A stretch of DNA of 62,000 nt from Squalus acanthias (taxonomy: Eukaryota): NCBI GenBank assembly GCA_030390025.1, contig JASTWF010000033.1:186001-248000 (forward strand). The letters run 5' to 3'. A program made the position numbers and the translations under genes. Positions within the stretch are counted from its first letter, which is position 1. Each line of letters opens with the position of its first letter. This document shows positions 48,717 to 61,820 of the stretch, in pieces. The notes under the pieces are model-generated. The model saw only the letters and a list, made by a program, of their open reading frames with translations, did not search any database and was not told the origin of the DNA.

Positions 48717-50205
48717 AGAAACATAGAAACATAGAAAAATAGGCGCAGGAGTAGGCCATTCGGCCCTTCGAGCCTGCTCCGCTATTCAGTATGATCATGG
48801 CTGATCGTCTATCTCAATACCATATTCCCGCTCTCTCCACATACCCCTTGATGCCTTTTGTGTCTATAAATCTATCTATCTCCTTCTTAAATATATTCAG
48901 TGACTTGGCATTCGCAGCCTGCTGTGGTCGAGAATTCTATAGCTTCATCTCCCTCTGAGTGAAGAAATTTCTCCTCATCTCAGTCCTAAATGTCCTACCC
49001 GGTATCCTGAGACTGTGACCCCTCGTTCTAGATCCCCCAGCCAGGGGAAACATCCTCCCTGCATCCAGTCTGTCTAGCCCTGACAGAATTTTATACGTTT
49101 CAATGAGGCCCCCTCTCATTCTTCTAAACTCTAGGGAATACAGGCCTAGTCGACCCAATCTCTCCTCGTACGACAGTCCTGCCATCCCAGGAATCAGTCT
49201 GGTGAGCCTTCGCTGCACTCCCTCTATGGCAAGTATATCCTTTCCTAGGTAAGGAGACCAAAACTGCACACAGTACTCCAGGTGTTTTCTCACCAAGGCC
49301 CTGTATAACTGTAGTAAGAAATCCTTGCTCCTGTACTCAAATCCTCTTGCAATGAAGGCCAACATACCATTTGCCTTCCTAACTTCTTGCTGTACCTGCA
49401 TGTTTGCTTTCAGTGACTCGTGCACATGGACACCCAGGTGCCTTTATACATCAACATTTCCCAATCTATCGCCATTTAAATACTACTCTGCCTTTCTGTT
49501 TTTCTATCGAAGTGGATAACTTCACATTTATCCAAGTTATACTGCATCTGCCATGTATTTGCCCACTCAATCAACTTGTCTAAATCGCCTTGAAGCCTCT
49601 TTGCATCCTCCTCACAACTCACAATTCCACCTAATTTCGTGTCGTCAGCAAACTTGGAAATATTACATTTGATTCTCTCATCCAAATCATTGATATATAT
49701 TGTGATTAGCTGGGGCCCCAGCATGGATCCTTGCGGTACCCCACTAGTCACCGCCTGCCACCCCGACAAAGACCCATTTATTCCTACTCTCTGTTTCCTG
49801 TCTGTTAACCAATTTTCAATCCATGCCAGTATATTACCCCCAATCCCATGTGCTTTAATTTTGCACACTAACCTCTTATGTGGGACTTTATCGAACGCCT
49901 TCTGAAAATCCAAATACACCACATCCACTAAATCTCCCTTATCTATTCTACTAGTTACATCCTCGAAAAACTCCAGTTGGTTTGTCAAACACAATTTCCC
50001 TTTCATAAATCCCTGTTGACTTTTTTCTAATCCCCTTGATATTTTCTAAGTGTCCTGTTATCACATCCTTTATAATAGAATCCAGCATTTTCCCTACTTC
50101 TGGTGTTAGGCTAACCGTTCTGTACTTCCCTATTTTCTCTCCCTCCTGTTTTAAATAGTGTGGTTACATTTGCCACCCTCCAATCTGTAGAAACTGTTCC
50201 ATGAT
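48717..50205 (-). mobile_element. CR1 LINE 3' 1.5 kb (RT), frameshifted
   Basis: ORFs 49476-50006 (LDFQKAFD, GVPQGS, FADDTK) and 48937-49425. Tail (TAGAAACA)n at 48717-48737. Confidence 0.93.
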
Positions 50206-51025
50206 CTATAAATGTTTTGTTTAGCCACTTCACAGATTAGTGTGTGTTAATCCCCAGGTCTCTTGGTCTTGCACCCCCTATAAAATTCATCTCTTAACAT
50301 TGCCGATATTTATCACTGCATTCTTCAGACCGGCCCCTCAGTGTCACACAGCAGGGTTTGATCATTTTGTCATGATGAACCATATGGACCTTCTTGGAGA
50401 TGTCAATCTTGGTATCATTACATTGCACCTTTCTCTGTTTCCTGTTTGCTGCTCATCACCACCAACCCGCTCTAAGATTGCATGGTTCAGAAGACAGCTG
50501 ACCAGATCTGTCGAGTTTAGCTGCAGGTGTTGACCTGCTCAACATGGGGCGGGTTCGCCCCCAATTTTCATAATGACTTATGTTTTTTTGTCTGCAGGAA
50601 ATCAGATTTAAGAAGTTAGTCACAAGTGCTGCCTAACCTAAATAATCCATTTACTAATAAAGATTTTACACTAATCAATTCAGCTGAATTGCGATCAGTT
50701 GATAGACAGCCAGCAAGAGTTGTTACTATCTGGTTTAACCTGTGTACCATTCAGTAAACACACTTATTTCGGATCTAATTTTTAGGAGTAATACCTTGTT
50801 AGTTTGCTGCAACATAGCGCTCAGCTCGCAGAATGCAAGTTACTGAGCCGTAACTGAGCACTGGTCCCAGACCAGCCTTCTGTAGCGTGTCGGCAGATTG
50901 TGACCGACAGCCGAATAATACAAGTACTGGTGCCGAGAAACATTGGAAATGTTAGTTCCTGGCTATGCTGTGCGATTTCTTTGCAATGCTTTGACCTATT
51001 TGCCAAGGTCATTCTTATTTTAGTA

Positions 51026-51170
51026 GATAAGAACATAAGAAATAGGAGCAGGAGTGGGCCATTCGGCCCCTCGAGCCTGCTCCGCCATTCAATAAGATCA
51101 TGGCTGATCTGATCTTGGCCTCAACTCCACTACCCTGCCCGCTCCCCATAACCCTTGACTCCCTTAGCGT
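51026..51170 (-). mobile_element. Short CR1 3'-end fragment
   Basis: ATAAGAACATAAGAAATAGGAGCAGGAGTGGGCCATTCGGCCCCTCGAGCC. Confidence 0.85.
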
Positions 51171-52915
51171 TCATTAGTAGTCGTCAGTCTGTGCCTCCCA
51201 TCAATAATACATGACCGATCCACTGTTAGTCGCTCGCTGAATGACGCTGTATTCGGTTAAGCTCCCAAATATGTTAGGCACTTTTCTCAAACATTTTCCA
51301 GAAAGAAATTGCAGAACTGAGATGTTTAACAAACGGCTCTTCTAACTTATCTCCAAAATTATCGGACCTTAACGTTGACTCGCTTTAAGACAAATTCTGC
51401 CTGAAATGTTGTCAGAGGAACTGAACCATTTGGATCTGGCCTCGGTTCTCGCCGTCTCAGCCATAACTTGGAATGTGTATTTCCCAAACAGCCTAAAGCT
51501 CACTTACTTTAAACCCAGTGATATGGACAGAAAGTAGAATAGCTTTAGATATATAACATCATCTTTTTCCGTGTCTGACACAAGCCGATTGTATTTTACT
51601 AAATTGAGAAAACTGTTCGGGATGGTTACTGATGTGAGGAACGAATTATCATTTTTAGTTGACGATATGGTAGCGGGAGGTCATGGCGATCACACACAAC
51701 GAATGAGTCAGTTCCTTGTTTTAGTTTCCGTATGATATGGAAACTTCAGGCTATAAGTGAGATCGGGGCGAACCCCGCCTGTGAGTTGCGGTGAAAGCCG
51801 TCAACATTGATTGGATGGACTCAAGTCAGCATTTACTTGTTAAACACCATTGGGATTGAAACGACATCGACACTGTTTATCAATTGATTTGTTTTATTTT
51901 ATTACATTATAAAAATTGAATCTATATTAGCACACGAGCGAATGGAGCAATAAACTTCATTAAATGTAAAATAATTTGTACAGCGCATTCCACCACCGCA
52001 TGACGTCCCAAAGTGTTTCACAGCCACTGGAGCTCTTTGTGTCGTCACTGTTGTATAAGAAACATGTTTATATATTGTTAAAGTCCCAACATTTGGGTTA
52101 AGAGACGAGGTGGTGGTTCACTTGGACCTGTATTCCTTGATGTTTATTCACAGAGCAACTTTCAAAAATCACAAGTGTTCAGTGCAACTTGGCCACTGAA
52201 TCGTTATTCCTGAAATAAAGGTGTTTATCTTTAGCCATGGGACCGGGTGCCCTTGCACTAGGTTTTCTGCTTGGTTCATACTCGAGAAATGACTAGTTGG
52301 ATTAGGTATCCTAGACCTGGGAGCGCCCATGGAACCTCAGTCCAGACAGAGTTAGTGCGTTCTGGAGAAGATGGGAACATTCTGTAGCAGTATTGCTTTG
52401 GACTGATGAGGTTGTTGACATCAGTGTTCGGGGTGAACGCTGCAAGGGGGGGTGGCTCTAATTATGGTGTCCAATGGGGGTAAATTTAGTGTTAGTTCCA
52501 ATATGAACATGAAACTGAGGGATTAACAATACTGAGCATGAACCTGCGGAGTGTGTCAGTGCTACTGTCACTGGGTTTGTGACAAGGCTGAAGTTTTTGG
52601 TATACAGTACAGACATAAGCAAAAGTGAGAGAGGAATTCGATTCTTCTACCTCATCCTTCCTTAGAAATTCCAACTGCCTATTGTAAGATTTAAAGATCT
52701 TGCTCAGACTTCCCTCCCGGAAGAGCTTCCCAGTGATTGGTCATTCTTTGTGTACAGAAGTCTTATCTTACGTCAGTCCTGAACTTGCCTCTTACCAGAT
52801 TGTACCTGTGTCTCATTGGCCAGCAGTCATAGTTTAACTTGAAGTAAAGCTCGGCTTTCTTATGCCACTTATACATTCGCCTCTTTAAAGAACAAACAAT
52901 CCAGCATTTCCTGAT

Positions 52916-53278
52916 CTTTGCTCATAACACGGTTCTCTGACAGTGGAGATAAACTCGGTGACCCAACTTTGCTCATAACACGGCTCTCTGACAGTGGAGA
53001 TAACCTCGGTGACACTACTTTGCTCATAGCCTGGCCCTCTGACAGTGGAAATAACCTCGGTGACCCAACTTTGCTCATAACCCGGCCCTCTGACAGTGGA
53101 GATAACCTCGGTAACACTACTTTGCTCATAGCCTGGCCCTCTGACAGTGGAAATAACCTCGGTGACCCTACTTTGCTCATAACCCTGCCCTCTGATAGTG
53201 GAGATAACCTCGGTCACCCAACTTTGCTCATAACCCGGCCCTCCGACAGTGGAGATAACCTCGGTGACCCTACTTTGC
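52916..53278. repeat. 51-bp minisatellite, 7 copies, no indels
   Basis: Unit CTTTGCTCATAACCCGGCCCTCTGACAGTGGAGATAACCTCGGTGACCCAA at 52916+51n. Confidence 0.95.
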
Positions 53279-53789
53279 ACCGCCCCCAGTGCTTGGACCT
53301 TTCTGTAGCGCCACGATGACTCGAACTGAAATCTGTGTCCAAGGCGTGGCCTGATCGGCTCACTGTGCAGCATAAATGTGATCGTCTTCGACCCGCGCCT
53401 CACTGAGATGGCAATCTTGCTCAGTATTCAGTTTCCTTCTTAAAAATGGCTCAGTTCTCCACCATATTTCTAGGGACCATTGCTCATCCTTATCAACTGC
53501 CTGGGAAGCATCGGCTGGGTAACTGAGAGGAACATCGGGCAGGGAGAATCACCACCAATCTAAGTAGGAAGAAAATCGGCCCGGCTCCTCCACCAATGTG
53601 CGATTCTTTCCTCCTGAATTTCCTCTCTCCGCTGTCGATACTTTAAGCTCAGACCCTGACAATACTATCCGACCTCCCATATCTTTCAGCTTTCTTCCCA
53701 GAGACTTACATATCATCAAGTAAACATGTTCGTTTTACTTTAAACTTTTACTTTAAATGTTACTTAGTTGTCTTACAATTAATGTGTCG

Positions 53790-54168
53790 TAGAGGTGTTG
53801 AAGATCATGAACTATTTAGATAGAGTAAATAAAGATAAGCCGTTTCGAATGGCTGCAGGGTCGATAACCAGAGGACACAGATTTAAGGTGATTGACAAAA
53901 GAACCAGAGGTGACACGAGGAAAAACCTGTTGACACAACGAGTGGTTAGGATTTGGAATGCACTGCCTGATATGCTGGTGGATACAGATTCAATAGTAGC
54001 CTTCAAAAGGGAATTGGAAAAATACTTGAAGGAGAAAACATTGCAGGGGTTTGGGGAATGAGCAGGGGAGTAGGACTAACTGGATTGCTCTTCGAAAGAG
54101 CCGGCACAGACCCGATGGGCCGAATGGCCTCCTTCTGTGCGGTACTATTCGATGATTCTATGACTCTA
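53790..54168 (+). mobile_element. CR1 3' fragment with tail
   Basis: ORF 53795-54061 (TRGHRFK...TQRVVRIWNALP), 3' UTR GGGCCGAATGGCCTCCTTCTGTG and an ATTCTATG-type tail. Confidence 0.88.
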
Positions 54169-54965
54169 GACCGGCTCACAGTAAAATATTACTTAGGTTC
54201 TCCAGTAACCCACGGATTGTGCAATTAGATTTTTTCCTCCGTCCTTTTATCTGCGATTTGCACCAACTTACATTACTTTCTAAATTGGGGCCCCTTGTAA
54301 AATGAACAAATATTGACTCACATCCCTGGGGCACTCCACACATTTTCTCAACCCCAAATCAGTCCCCAAAGCAGTACCAGGCTCTTATCCACTTTTATCC
54401 AAATGCTGACCCAGCTCCAGGTGTTACCAATGACACCGCTGGAAAATAAATCGAGGCCGGTGTGAAACGGGCTGCCGAATCGTGATCACCCGCCTTTCGC
54501 CCAGCCTTCAGTAAACATTACCCTCCCCCGGGGTTTTACTCCAGTGTTACAGTCTTTGATGTGGAACATTCACGGAAAGCTTTGTGGGAGCCGAGTATAC
54601 GTCATCACCAGGCTTCCCAACATTCACTGTGTGTGTCATTTCATCACAAAAGGAGTTTGGTGAGGCAGGAATTTGATTTGCAATACTAACCGGCTGCCAA
54701 TTACTAATGTTCTTTCCTACAGACGATGCTCAAGTTTGTTCCGAACGACAGATTCTGTGAGATGCGTTTTCCAGGGCCTACGACTAGGCGCCTCAAACAC
54801 TGGAATGTTGGGCTGGGCCCATCAAAGTTTTGCGCTGCGCTCTGCCTGATTGGCCTGTGCCCAGGTGATCACAATGGCTTCAGCCAGAGGACCGAGGCAT
54901 CTACAACTGTTACTTTAACAGTGATGTAAGGCTTATTATACCACATTTTTTTAACATAGCTATAG

Positions 54966-55086
54966 GGGCTAGAAATTCGTCTTGGGCAGTGATTGCAATG
55001 GAACTAAATATCAGGCGCTGCGTGTAAGGGGCGGCCGATCCAATACCGCCCGTTTTGCGCCACCGCCCGAGACGAAAATCTAGGCC
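54966..55086. mobile_element. 121-bp MITE, PIF/Harbinger-like
   Basis: TIRs GGGCTAGAAATTCGTCTTGGGC and GCCCGAGACGAAAATCTAGGCC. 3-bp TAG duplicated at 54963-54965 and 55087-55089. Confidence 0.8.
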
Positions 55087-55299
55087 TAGCTTTTCTTTCT
55101 GCAATACAGAAGGATTTTCCTGCATCACCTGATTCCCTCATGATAGGCTCTGCACTGGGTAGCTTTCATCTCTTGTGCCACTGAGCATTGTCGTGTATGT
55201 AATCACCTTCCCTGGAAATGTATCGCTTTGGAGAGCTGAACTCTGTATAGACAGCCCTTACAAATGATAGGTTCGGGATGATAGATGCAAGGAGATGTA

Positions 55300-56192
55300 G
55301 GGGTAGAAATTAGGTCGCGCCCCATTTGGGGCGCAAATATCGTCCGGACGCAAATATTAGCGCCTGGCGCTAATTATCGGCACTGACAGGAAACTTCACT
55401 TTTACCGCCCCGGGAGGTGAGTGGAGCGCTAAAGCAGGCGCTGCACACCTCTCTTAAGGCGCAAAGGCCGAGCAGTGAGGCGCTAACTCGGAGCGCTGGC
55501 GAAGCTCATGTAATGTCAGTCAGCAATGGAACACACACACAATGGCACGGGCCAGTTCTTAAAGGGGATGGTTAATCTTGCTTTCCATCCACATCCTGTT
55601 CATTGCTGCCTTGAATCTCGGCCTGGAGAGACTTGCACATCAAATGTGCTGGAAAGAACAATGGAAAGTACCAGGGAAAGAGCTCAGAGTGCAGCTCCCA
55701 CAGTCTCTGCTAAATCGATACAAGGAATGGCAAATCAAAATGAACCTGCAAAGTGCTGCTCAGTACCCAAAACTCCTTCACACAACGTTGAATCTCTAGA
55801 GAAGTCTCTCCCTCTCTCTCTCAGAATGCATAGTTCAAAAATGCCACCAACAATAAAAGACAGGAAGAGGCCCCCTTTAAATAGCGCCCCCCCCAGCCCC
55901 ACAGCGATTGATAGCGTTCCAGTCTTCTGGTCGTTGGAAGCGCCAGGCGGTAAGGCAGGGGGCGCCACTCAATTTCCGCTACAGGGCGCCACAAGGGTGT
56001 TGCACCATGGAATGACGTCACAATCTGCGCGCGCAGGTGGTCGCAGCGGTAAGTTTTAGCGCCGCCACACAATCTCAAGTTAAGTTCTCGAGCGGCGCAA
56101 ACATCGCTGCGCCCGGGCGTTAGCGGCTTTGCGCCCCATTAGCGCCCTCTTAAGGCGCTAACGGGAGGCGCAACCAAGTGAATTTTTACCCC
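55300..56192. mobile_element. 893-bp non-autonomous DNA transposon, PIF/Harbinger-like
   Basis: TIRs GGGGTAGAAATT and AATTTTTACCCC. 3-bp GTA duplicated at 55297-55299 and 56193-56195. GC/CpG-rich subterminal TTAGCGCC/GGCGCTAA repeats. Confidence 0.82.
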
Positions 56193-56734
56193 GTAATGTC
56201 TTGTATTGACTTGTCAGAACCTTTAGGCAGTAGCGTTGCTCTAGGTATTGAGGGTGTTCAAGACTATCATTCTATAGATTTACCAGATGTCTCGATCTTG
56301 ACTGAACGGCAGGAGACCTTTGGCATCACAGCCGAGTGGGTCACAATTTATCCTTCAGGGACTGTATTTCTGACCGACTCTCCTAATCCAGGGACACTCC
56401 ATCCCCACCACTCTGCTGATTGAGATAGGATGTGAAAGCCTACTTACCTACAGATCAGACACGAAGACTCAACGTCTGATCCTTACGGTCTCGTTCGGTT
56501 TCAAATTGATTGGAATGGATTCGGGATCAGAGTGTTGAATCTGCTAATGCACCTGCAGTTTGAGATATTTAGGAGTGGATTGATTGAGCTACGAATATAT
56601 TAACATCTTAAAGCACGGGAGAGTGAAGGGCCATTGTGCACATGGGGAATATTCCTTCCGCAGATCAAGCGCAATGGATTGATACCAGATCATTTAACTA
56701 CAAGTCAGTACTATTAATTCTAACTTCGGATAGA

Positions 56735-56880
56735 TCGTAGAATTTAAGGGCACTGAGAGACAACAGCAGATCTCACCTGCTCTTTTTAAAACGTACCACG
56801 ATATTTTGGACATGCGTCTGAGCAGGCAGACGGAGTCTCGGTATAACAGCTCTTGCGAAAGCCTAACGGCCTTCGAGCGC
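56735..56880 (-). mobile_element. Degenerate Deu-SINE fragment
   Basis: Reverse-complement similarity to 47570-47690 (ctgagcaggcagacggagtctcggtataac). Confidence 0.5.
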
Positions 56881-56979
56881 CCATTGAAAGGCCTCCCTAA
56901 ATTAGCTACATCATTAATTCTTGAGCGCAAAACTGAGAGTCGATTAGCGTCAGTTAAATTCTACCCCATTAAGAAACAG

Positions 56980-57230
56980 CAAAGGATGCAAGACTCTGGA
57001 GGAAGTTGTCTGCAGACCTCTTGAAGGCGGTGATGTCATAGCGGGATGCATAAATACGGAGATCAGAGAAGCATGTAACAAAGTTAAACTGCCTATAATG
57101 GGAGAATTTAATTTACAGAGACTGTGAGATGCAAAACAGCTCAAGTCGTAAATGCAATGAATTTCTAAAATGTATCCAGGACAATTTTCTGAAACATTGC
57201 GGACAAGGGAAAAGGCCAAACTAGATTTGT
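56980..57230 (+). mobile_element. Degenerate CR1 endonuclease fragment
   Basis: Translates in part to TLEEVVCRP...EIREACNKVKLPIMGEFNL, matching TLIGVVYRPP...EIREACNKSTAVIIGDFNL. Confidence 0.65.
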
Positions 57231-57232
57231 TG

Positions 57233-57890
57233 ATATGAACATAGGAACAGGACCATCCATTTAGCTCCACGCGCCTCTTCCGCCATTCAATGAGATCATG
57301 GTTGATCTGTGACCTAACTCCATATACCTGCCTTTGGCTCACATCTCCTAACACCTTTGGTTAACACAAATATCTCAATCTCAGATTTAAAATTAACAAT
57401 TGTTCGAGCATCAAAAGCCATTTGCGGAAGAGAGTTCCAGACTTCTACCATTCTTTGTGTGTAGAAATGTTTCCGAACTTCACACCTGAATGGTCTGGCT
57501 ATAACTTTTAGGTTATGTCCCCTAGTCCTAGACTCCACAACTAGCGGAAATAGTTTGTATCTATCTACTCTATCTGTTCCACTTAATGCTCTTGAAAACT
57601 TCGCTCAAATCTCCCCTTAACCTTCTAAATTCCAGACAATACAACTCGAGTTTGTAAAATCTCTCCTCGTAATTTAACCTTTTGAAATCCGGGTATAATT
57701 CTCGTAAACCTACGCTGCACTTCCTCCAGGCCAATATATCCTTCCTAAGGTGTGGTGCCATGAACTGCTCACACTGCTCCAGCTATGGTCTAACCACGGC
57801 GTTGTATATCTGTAGCATGAGTCTAAGCCTCTGCATTCCATATCCTCTAGATATAAAGGCCAGCATTATATTAGCCTTTTTGATTCTTTT
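57233..57890 (-). mobile_element. CR1 3' fragment
   Basis: ORFs 57314-57538 and 57570-57761 carry ORF2 C-terminal motifs (LEFRRLRGDL, RTRGHNLK). Confidence 0.85.
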
Positions 57891-57899
57891 TAGTAGAGT

Positions 57900-58445
57900 T
57901 AACCAAGTGGCCCACTACCCTGCTCTTTCCCCATAGCCCTATAATTTGTCCCCTTCAAGTAATTATCCAATTCTCTTTTGAATGTTACTATTGAATCTGC
58001 TTCCACCACCGTTTCAGGCAGTGCATCCCAGATCACGAAAACTCGTTGTGCAAAAGAATGTTTCCTCATGTCACCTCTGGTTGATTTGCCAATCACCTTG
58101 AATCTTTGTTTTGTTGTTAACGACACTTCTGCCATTGGAAATAGTTTATCATTATTTACTCTGTCAAAAGCTTTCATGATTGTGAACACCTCTTTCTAAA
58201 CTCTTCTAACCGTCTCTGCTCTAAGGAGAACAACCCCGGCTTCTCCAATGTCTCAACATAACTGAAGTCTCTCATCCCTGGTGCCATACCAGTAAATCTC
58301 TTCTGCACCGTTTCCATGTTCCTGGCATCATTCCTAAAGTGTGGTGCCCGGACATGAACGTCACACTCCAGCTGAGACCTAATCAGTGTTTTATAAATTT
58401 TCAGCATAATTTCCTTGCTTTGGTACTTTATTTCACTCTTAATAA
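57900..58445 (-). mobile_element. CR1 3' fragment (second subfamily)
   Basis: ORFs 57899-58189 and 58174-58407 (GLFSLEQRRL, WDALPETVVEA). Confidence 0.85.
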
Positions 58446-58454
58446 GGACTCCTC

Positions 58455-59272
58455 CCTCCAGTCGAAAATCAAACTTTCACCACTACACTCTGCTTTCTGT
58501 TCCAATTTTGTTTCCGTGCTGCACACAGCGTAGGCCGTCGTAACCCAACAGGAAGGCCCCAAAAGTTCCGGGTTTCTGCATGTACTGCGCATGCGCGAAA
58601 ACATGGAACTTGTGATATGCCAAGGTTTGCCTTGACAGATATACCGCACCGCCCCAAAAACCACTTTTGCTGGCACAGAGCTGGGCTGTTTGTCTAACGG
58701 CTGCAAAGAAAATCCCCACAAAACCCTTACACCTGGTAAAAGCGGGCATCGGGCCTGCTTTCACCAGCGTAATGGTAAATACAAATCTTAAATTAAAAAG
58801 TTTAAAATTAAAAATCATGCACAGACATTTTAAAATTAGTTGATGTAAATTATGGCCTGTAGTAAAATGTTTAAAATTATTTTTCAAAAGCTATATTTTT
58901 ATTCTATATGCTTTATTGAAGGGACTTTAATTAAATTTGAATATAGGAACAATCATATTTATTCCAGTTCCATAAATCATTTAATTATTTGGCGATTCCT
59001 CATATGCTTATGTTCATTCCGTCCATAAATGGAATCGTCCTAAGCACATTAGGAATCCTTCTTTGTGATTGGAGGACCGGGCCCACGTGATCCGAGAAAC
59101 ACTTCAAAACTCCCTGCGTCACTGGGATCCGTGAGTCTTTACGCAGGCGTACGGCTGCAGGCCCAGGACCCGAATTCTCCGAAGGCTGGTAGCCTGAATG
59201 TAAATGGGGATTTTTTTTTATCGTGTCGGAGTCGTACTCCTTTGGTACACCTCCGACAGCAATTTCCGGATC
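58455..59272. mobile_element. Probable decayed non-autonomous DNA transposon
   Basis: GC/CpG-rich ends flank an AT-rich centre. The right end GCAATTTCCGGATC resembles the AATTT....CC TIR type above. Left TIR and TSD were not resolved. Confidence 0.4.
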
Positions 59273-59299
59273 TGTATCTTCAGTAACCAAGGAGCTCTA

Positions 59300-59610
59300 G
59301 CTTTGGATGCGCTTCCTTTTCCCCTCATGGGAATGTTTCAACTATCCACCCCAACCATCTCTCCTTTGAGGGCCGCCCATTCTTCAATTACTATTTTGCC
59401 TTCCAATATTTTGATTCCAATCCACCTGGACCAGATCCCTTTTCAACTCACTGAAGTTAGCCCTCGTCCAGTTAAGCATTTATGTGCTTGATTTGTATCT
59501 TGATTTGTACGTTGTCCTTTCCTATAACTATTCTAAACCTGATTATATTATGGTCACTGTTCCCCAAATGCTCTCCCACTGAAATGTGCTCCACTTGCGT
59601 TCTGCCTCAG
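59300..59610 (-). mobile_element. CR1 endonuclease/linker fragment
   Basis: Minus strand reads VGEHLGNSDHNIIRFRIV at ~59525-59580. Confidence 0.75.
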
Positions 59611-60179
59611 TTGTACAGACACTTGAAGTAAGTATAGGTGCAGCAGGGAAAATAGCCAAACTAAACTTCAAAAACATATATCTACATAATATTACTCATT
59701 CCGAAATGGCTAGACATAGTCAGGCCGGGAGTATTGGAGACAGTACCCCATTAACCGTTCTTGAGAAGCGATAAGAAATAGGGTAAGTATATATTAAATC
59801 AGTCAATAATACGGAGGGGAACGGTATGAATAGGCTTGTGTTGTGGATGTACGGGGAAGGGATAAGTCTTCAAATGCTGACTCATGTGTGGAATGTCCGA
59901 GTGTAATAAACAACCTAAGATATCAGAGGCATTGACAGAAAATGGTAGCAGTTAACCTTACCACTAAACGAGCTTTCGTATGAACGGCATAGACACAGAA
60001 CGTGGTGCTCTCTGGTACACACATTTGTCCTACGTAACTAAAGATATAATAGGTATAACACACCGGAGCTTATGGGGAACTTGAATCCTGAAGATGTCCT
60101 TGGTATGTGAGATGTGTTGCCTATATCTCAAATGCACTGCATTCAAGGGGTTGTAACTTACTGATTGATGCATTAAAAA

Positions 60180-60547
60180 AAAATAAACAGACGTTTCAGT
60201 GCTTCTTAGTCCTCGAAGTTGTTTCCACTTGTGGGGGATGGCAAAACTAGGATCCGTAAATATAAGATATCCAATAATCAATCCAAGATGAATTCAGGAG
60301 AAATGTCTTTACTGAGCGAGTGGTGGGAATGTGGAACTAGCTACCAAATGGCGTGGCTGAGGTGAATAGAATAGATACATTTAAGGGGAAGCTAGAGTAA
60401 ATGTGAGTCAGAGGAATAGAAGGATATGTTGATAGGGTGAGATGATGTAACGTGGGAGGAGGCTCGTGTGGAGCATCAATATTGGTAAAGCGCTATTGCG
60501 CCGAATGGCCTGTTTCCGTGCTGTACATTTCTCTGTAATTCTGTGTA
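60180..60547 (+). mobile_element. Degenerate CR1 3' end
   Basis: LFPLVGMAKTR...FTERVVGMWN, followed by GCCGAATGGCCTGTTTCCGTGCTGTA and a tail. Confidence 0.8.
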
Positions 60548-60549
60548 AT

Positions 60550-61820
60550 AAAGGTCAACATTCCATTAGCCTTCATGATTGATTTTTGTATCTGTTTACT
60601 AGCTTTTGTGCACGTGGACTCTCACATCTCTTTGTTCTGTTACAGGTCGTACTTTTCTCAGCATTTAGAAAATACTGCGATTTATTTTTCTTGGGTAGAA
60701 TGTGGATGATCTCACACTTGCCCACAGTGATCGCCATTGGCCATAGTTAATCTGTCTCTGTCCCTCTGAAACTTTCTGCCCCCATTTTCACTACTTACTC
60801 TCCCGCATAATTAGTGCCATCTGCAGACTTGGATATACTGCTGTCTACTCCTTCAGCCAAGACATTAATAAATATGGTGAGAAGTTGAGTGGCCAGAACA
60901 TAGGCCTGGGGAATGCCACTTGTCCGATCCTGTCAATTTGCGTACATACCCTTTACCCCCACTGTCTCTGTCCTACTTTTTGCTACTATTTTTTTGTGTG
61001 GAACCTTATAGAATGCTTTCAGGAAGTCCATTTGGATGACATCCACAGACACGCCATTGCTTTTCTTATTAGTGACCTCCTCAAACATTAAACTCGATTA
61101 TTCAGTCCTGACTTACCCTTAAAAAAGACCACGCTGGATCTCTCTGATCAGCTGATATCCGTTGGCGTGCTCACTCACTCTATCCTCCAATGACAGACTC
61201 TAGCAGTTTCACCACAACTGACAGGTATGAGGTTACTTGTTTCTCTGTCCCTCCCTTCTTAAATAATGGAGTGATATTAGCAATTTTCCAACCTAATTGC
61301 ACAATTCCTGAATCAGGAGAGCATTGAAACATTCTGACTAACACGTCTGCAAATTCATCACCTATTTATTTTAATAGGCTGAGGTGGAAACCATCAGGAC
61401 TTGGAGGTTTATTTATCCTAAGTCTCATTATTTTCTCCATTACCGATTGTTTTTGCTAATATTGAATACTTTAATTTCCTCTCCTTTATTTATTTTAGTT
61501 TCGCTTCCATTACCTGGTAATTTATAGTCTTCCACTACTGTGAAAACGGATCCAAATTATTCGTCTAATAAATCTGCCATGATCTCGTTATTTATTACAG
61601 TATTAGCTATGTTGGTCTTTAATGGGCCTACAGCTCGCTTAGCCACTGTCTTACTGTTAATACACTCATAATTTTATTCACTGTAAGTCTTTCTATTACT
61701 TGGAAGTTTTTTGTATTCTCTTATTACAGCACTTAATATTGTCTTTGTGTCTCTTTGTTGTTTTCTCTCAGTCTCCAAGTCCTCTGGATTGCCACTTTAC
61801 TTGACATTTGTGTAAGGTTA
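60550..61820 (-). mobile_element. Old, highly degenerate CR1 ORF2 fragment
   Basis: Recognisable relics: KSADGT (FADDT site, ~60815), GIPQAYVLA, MDFLKAFYKVPH and PSPDGFH. Confidence 0.7.

Noticed and set aside
55526..56059. 177-aa ORF as a transposase
   Set aside because: No DDE or complete Myb/SANT motif is recognisable, and it runs into subterminal repeats of a non-autonomous element.
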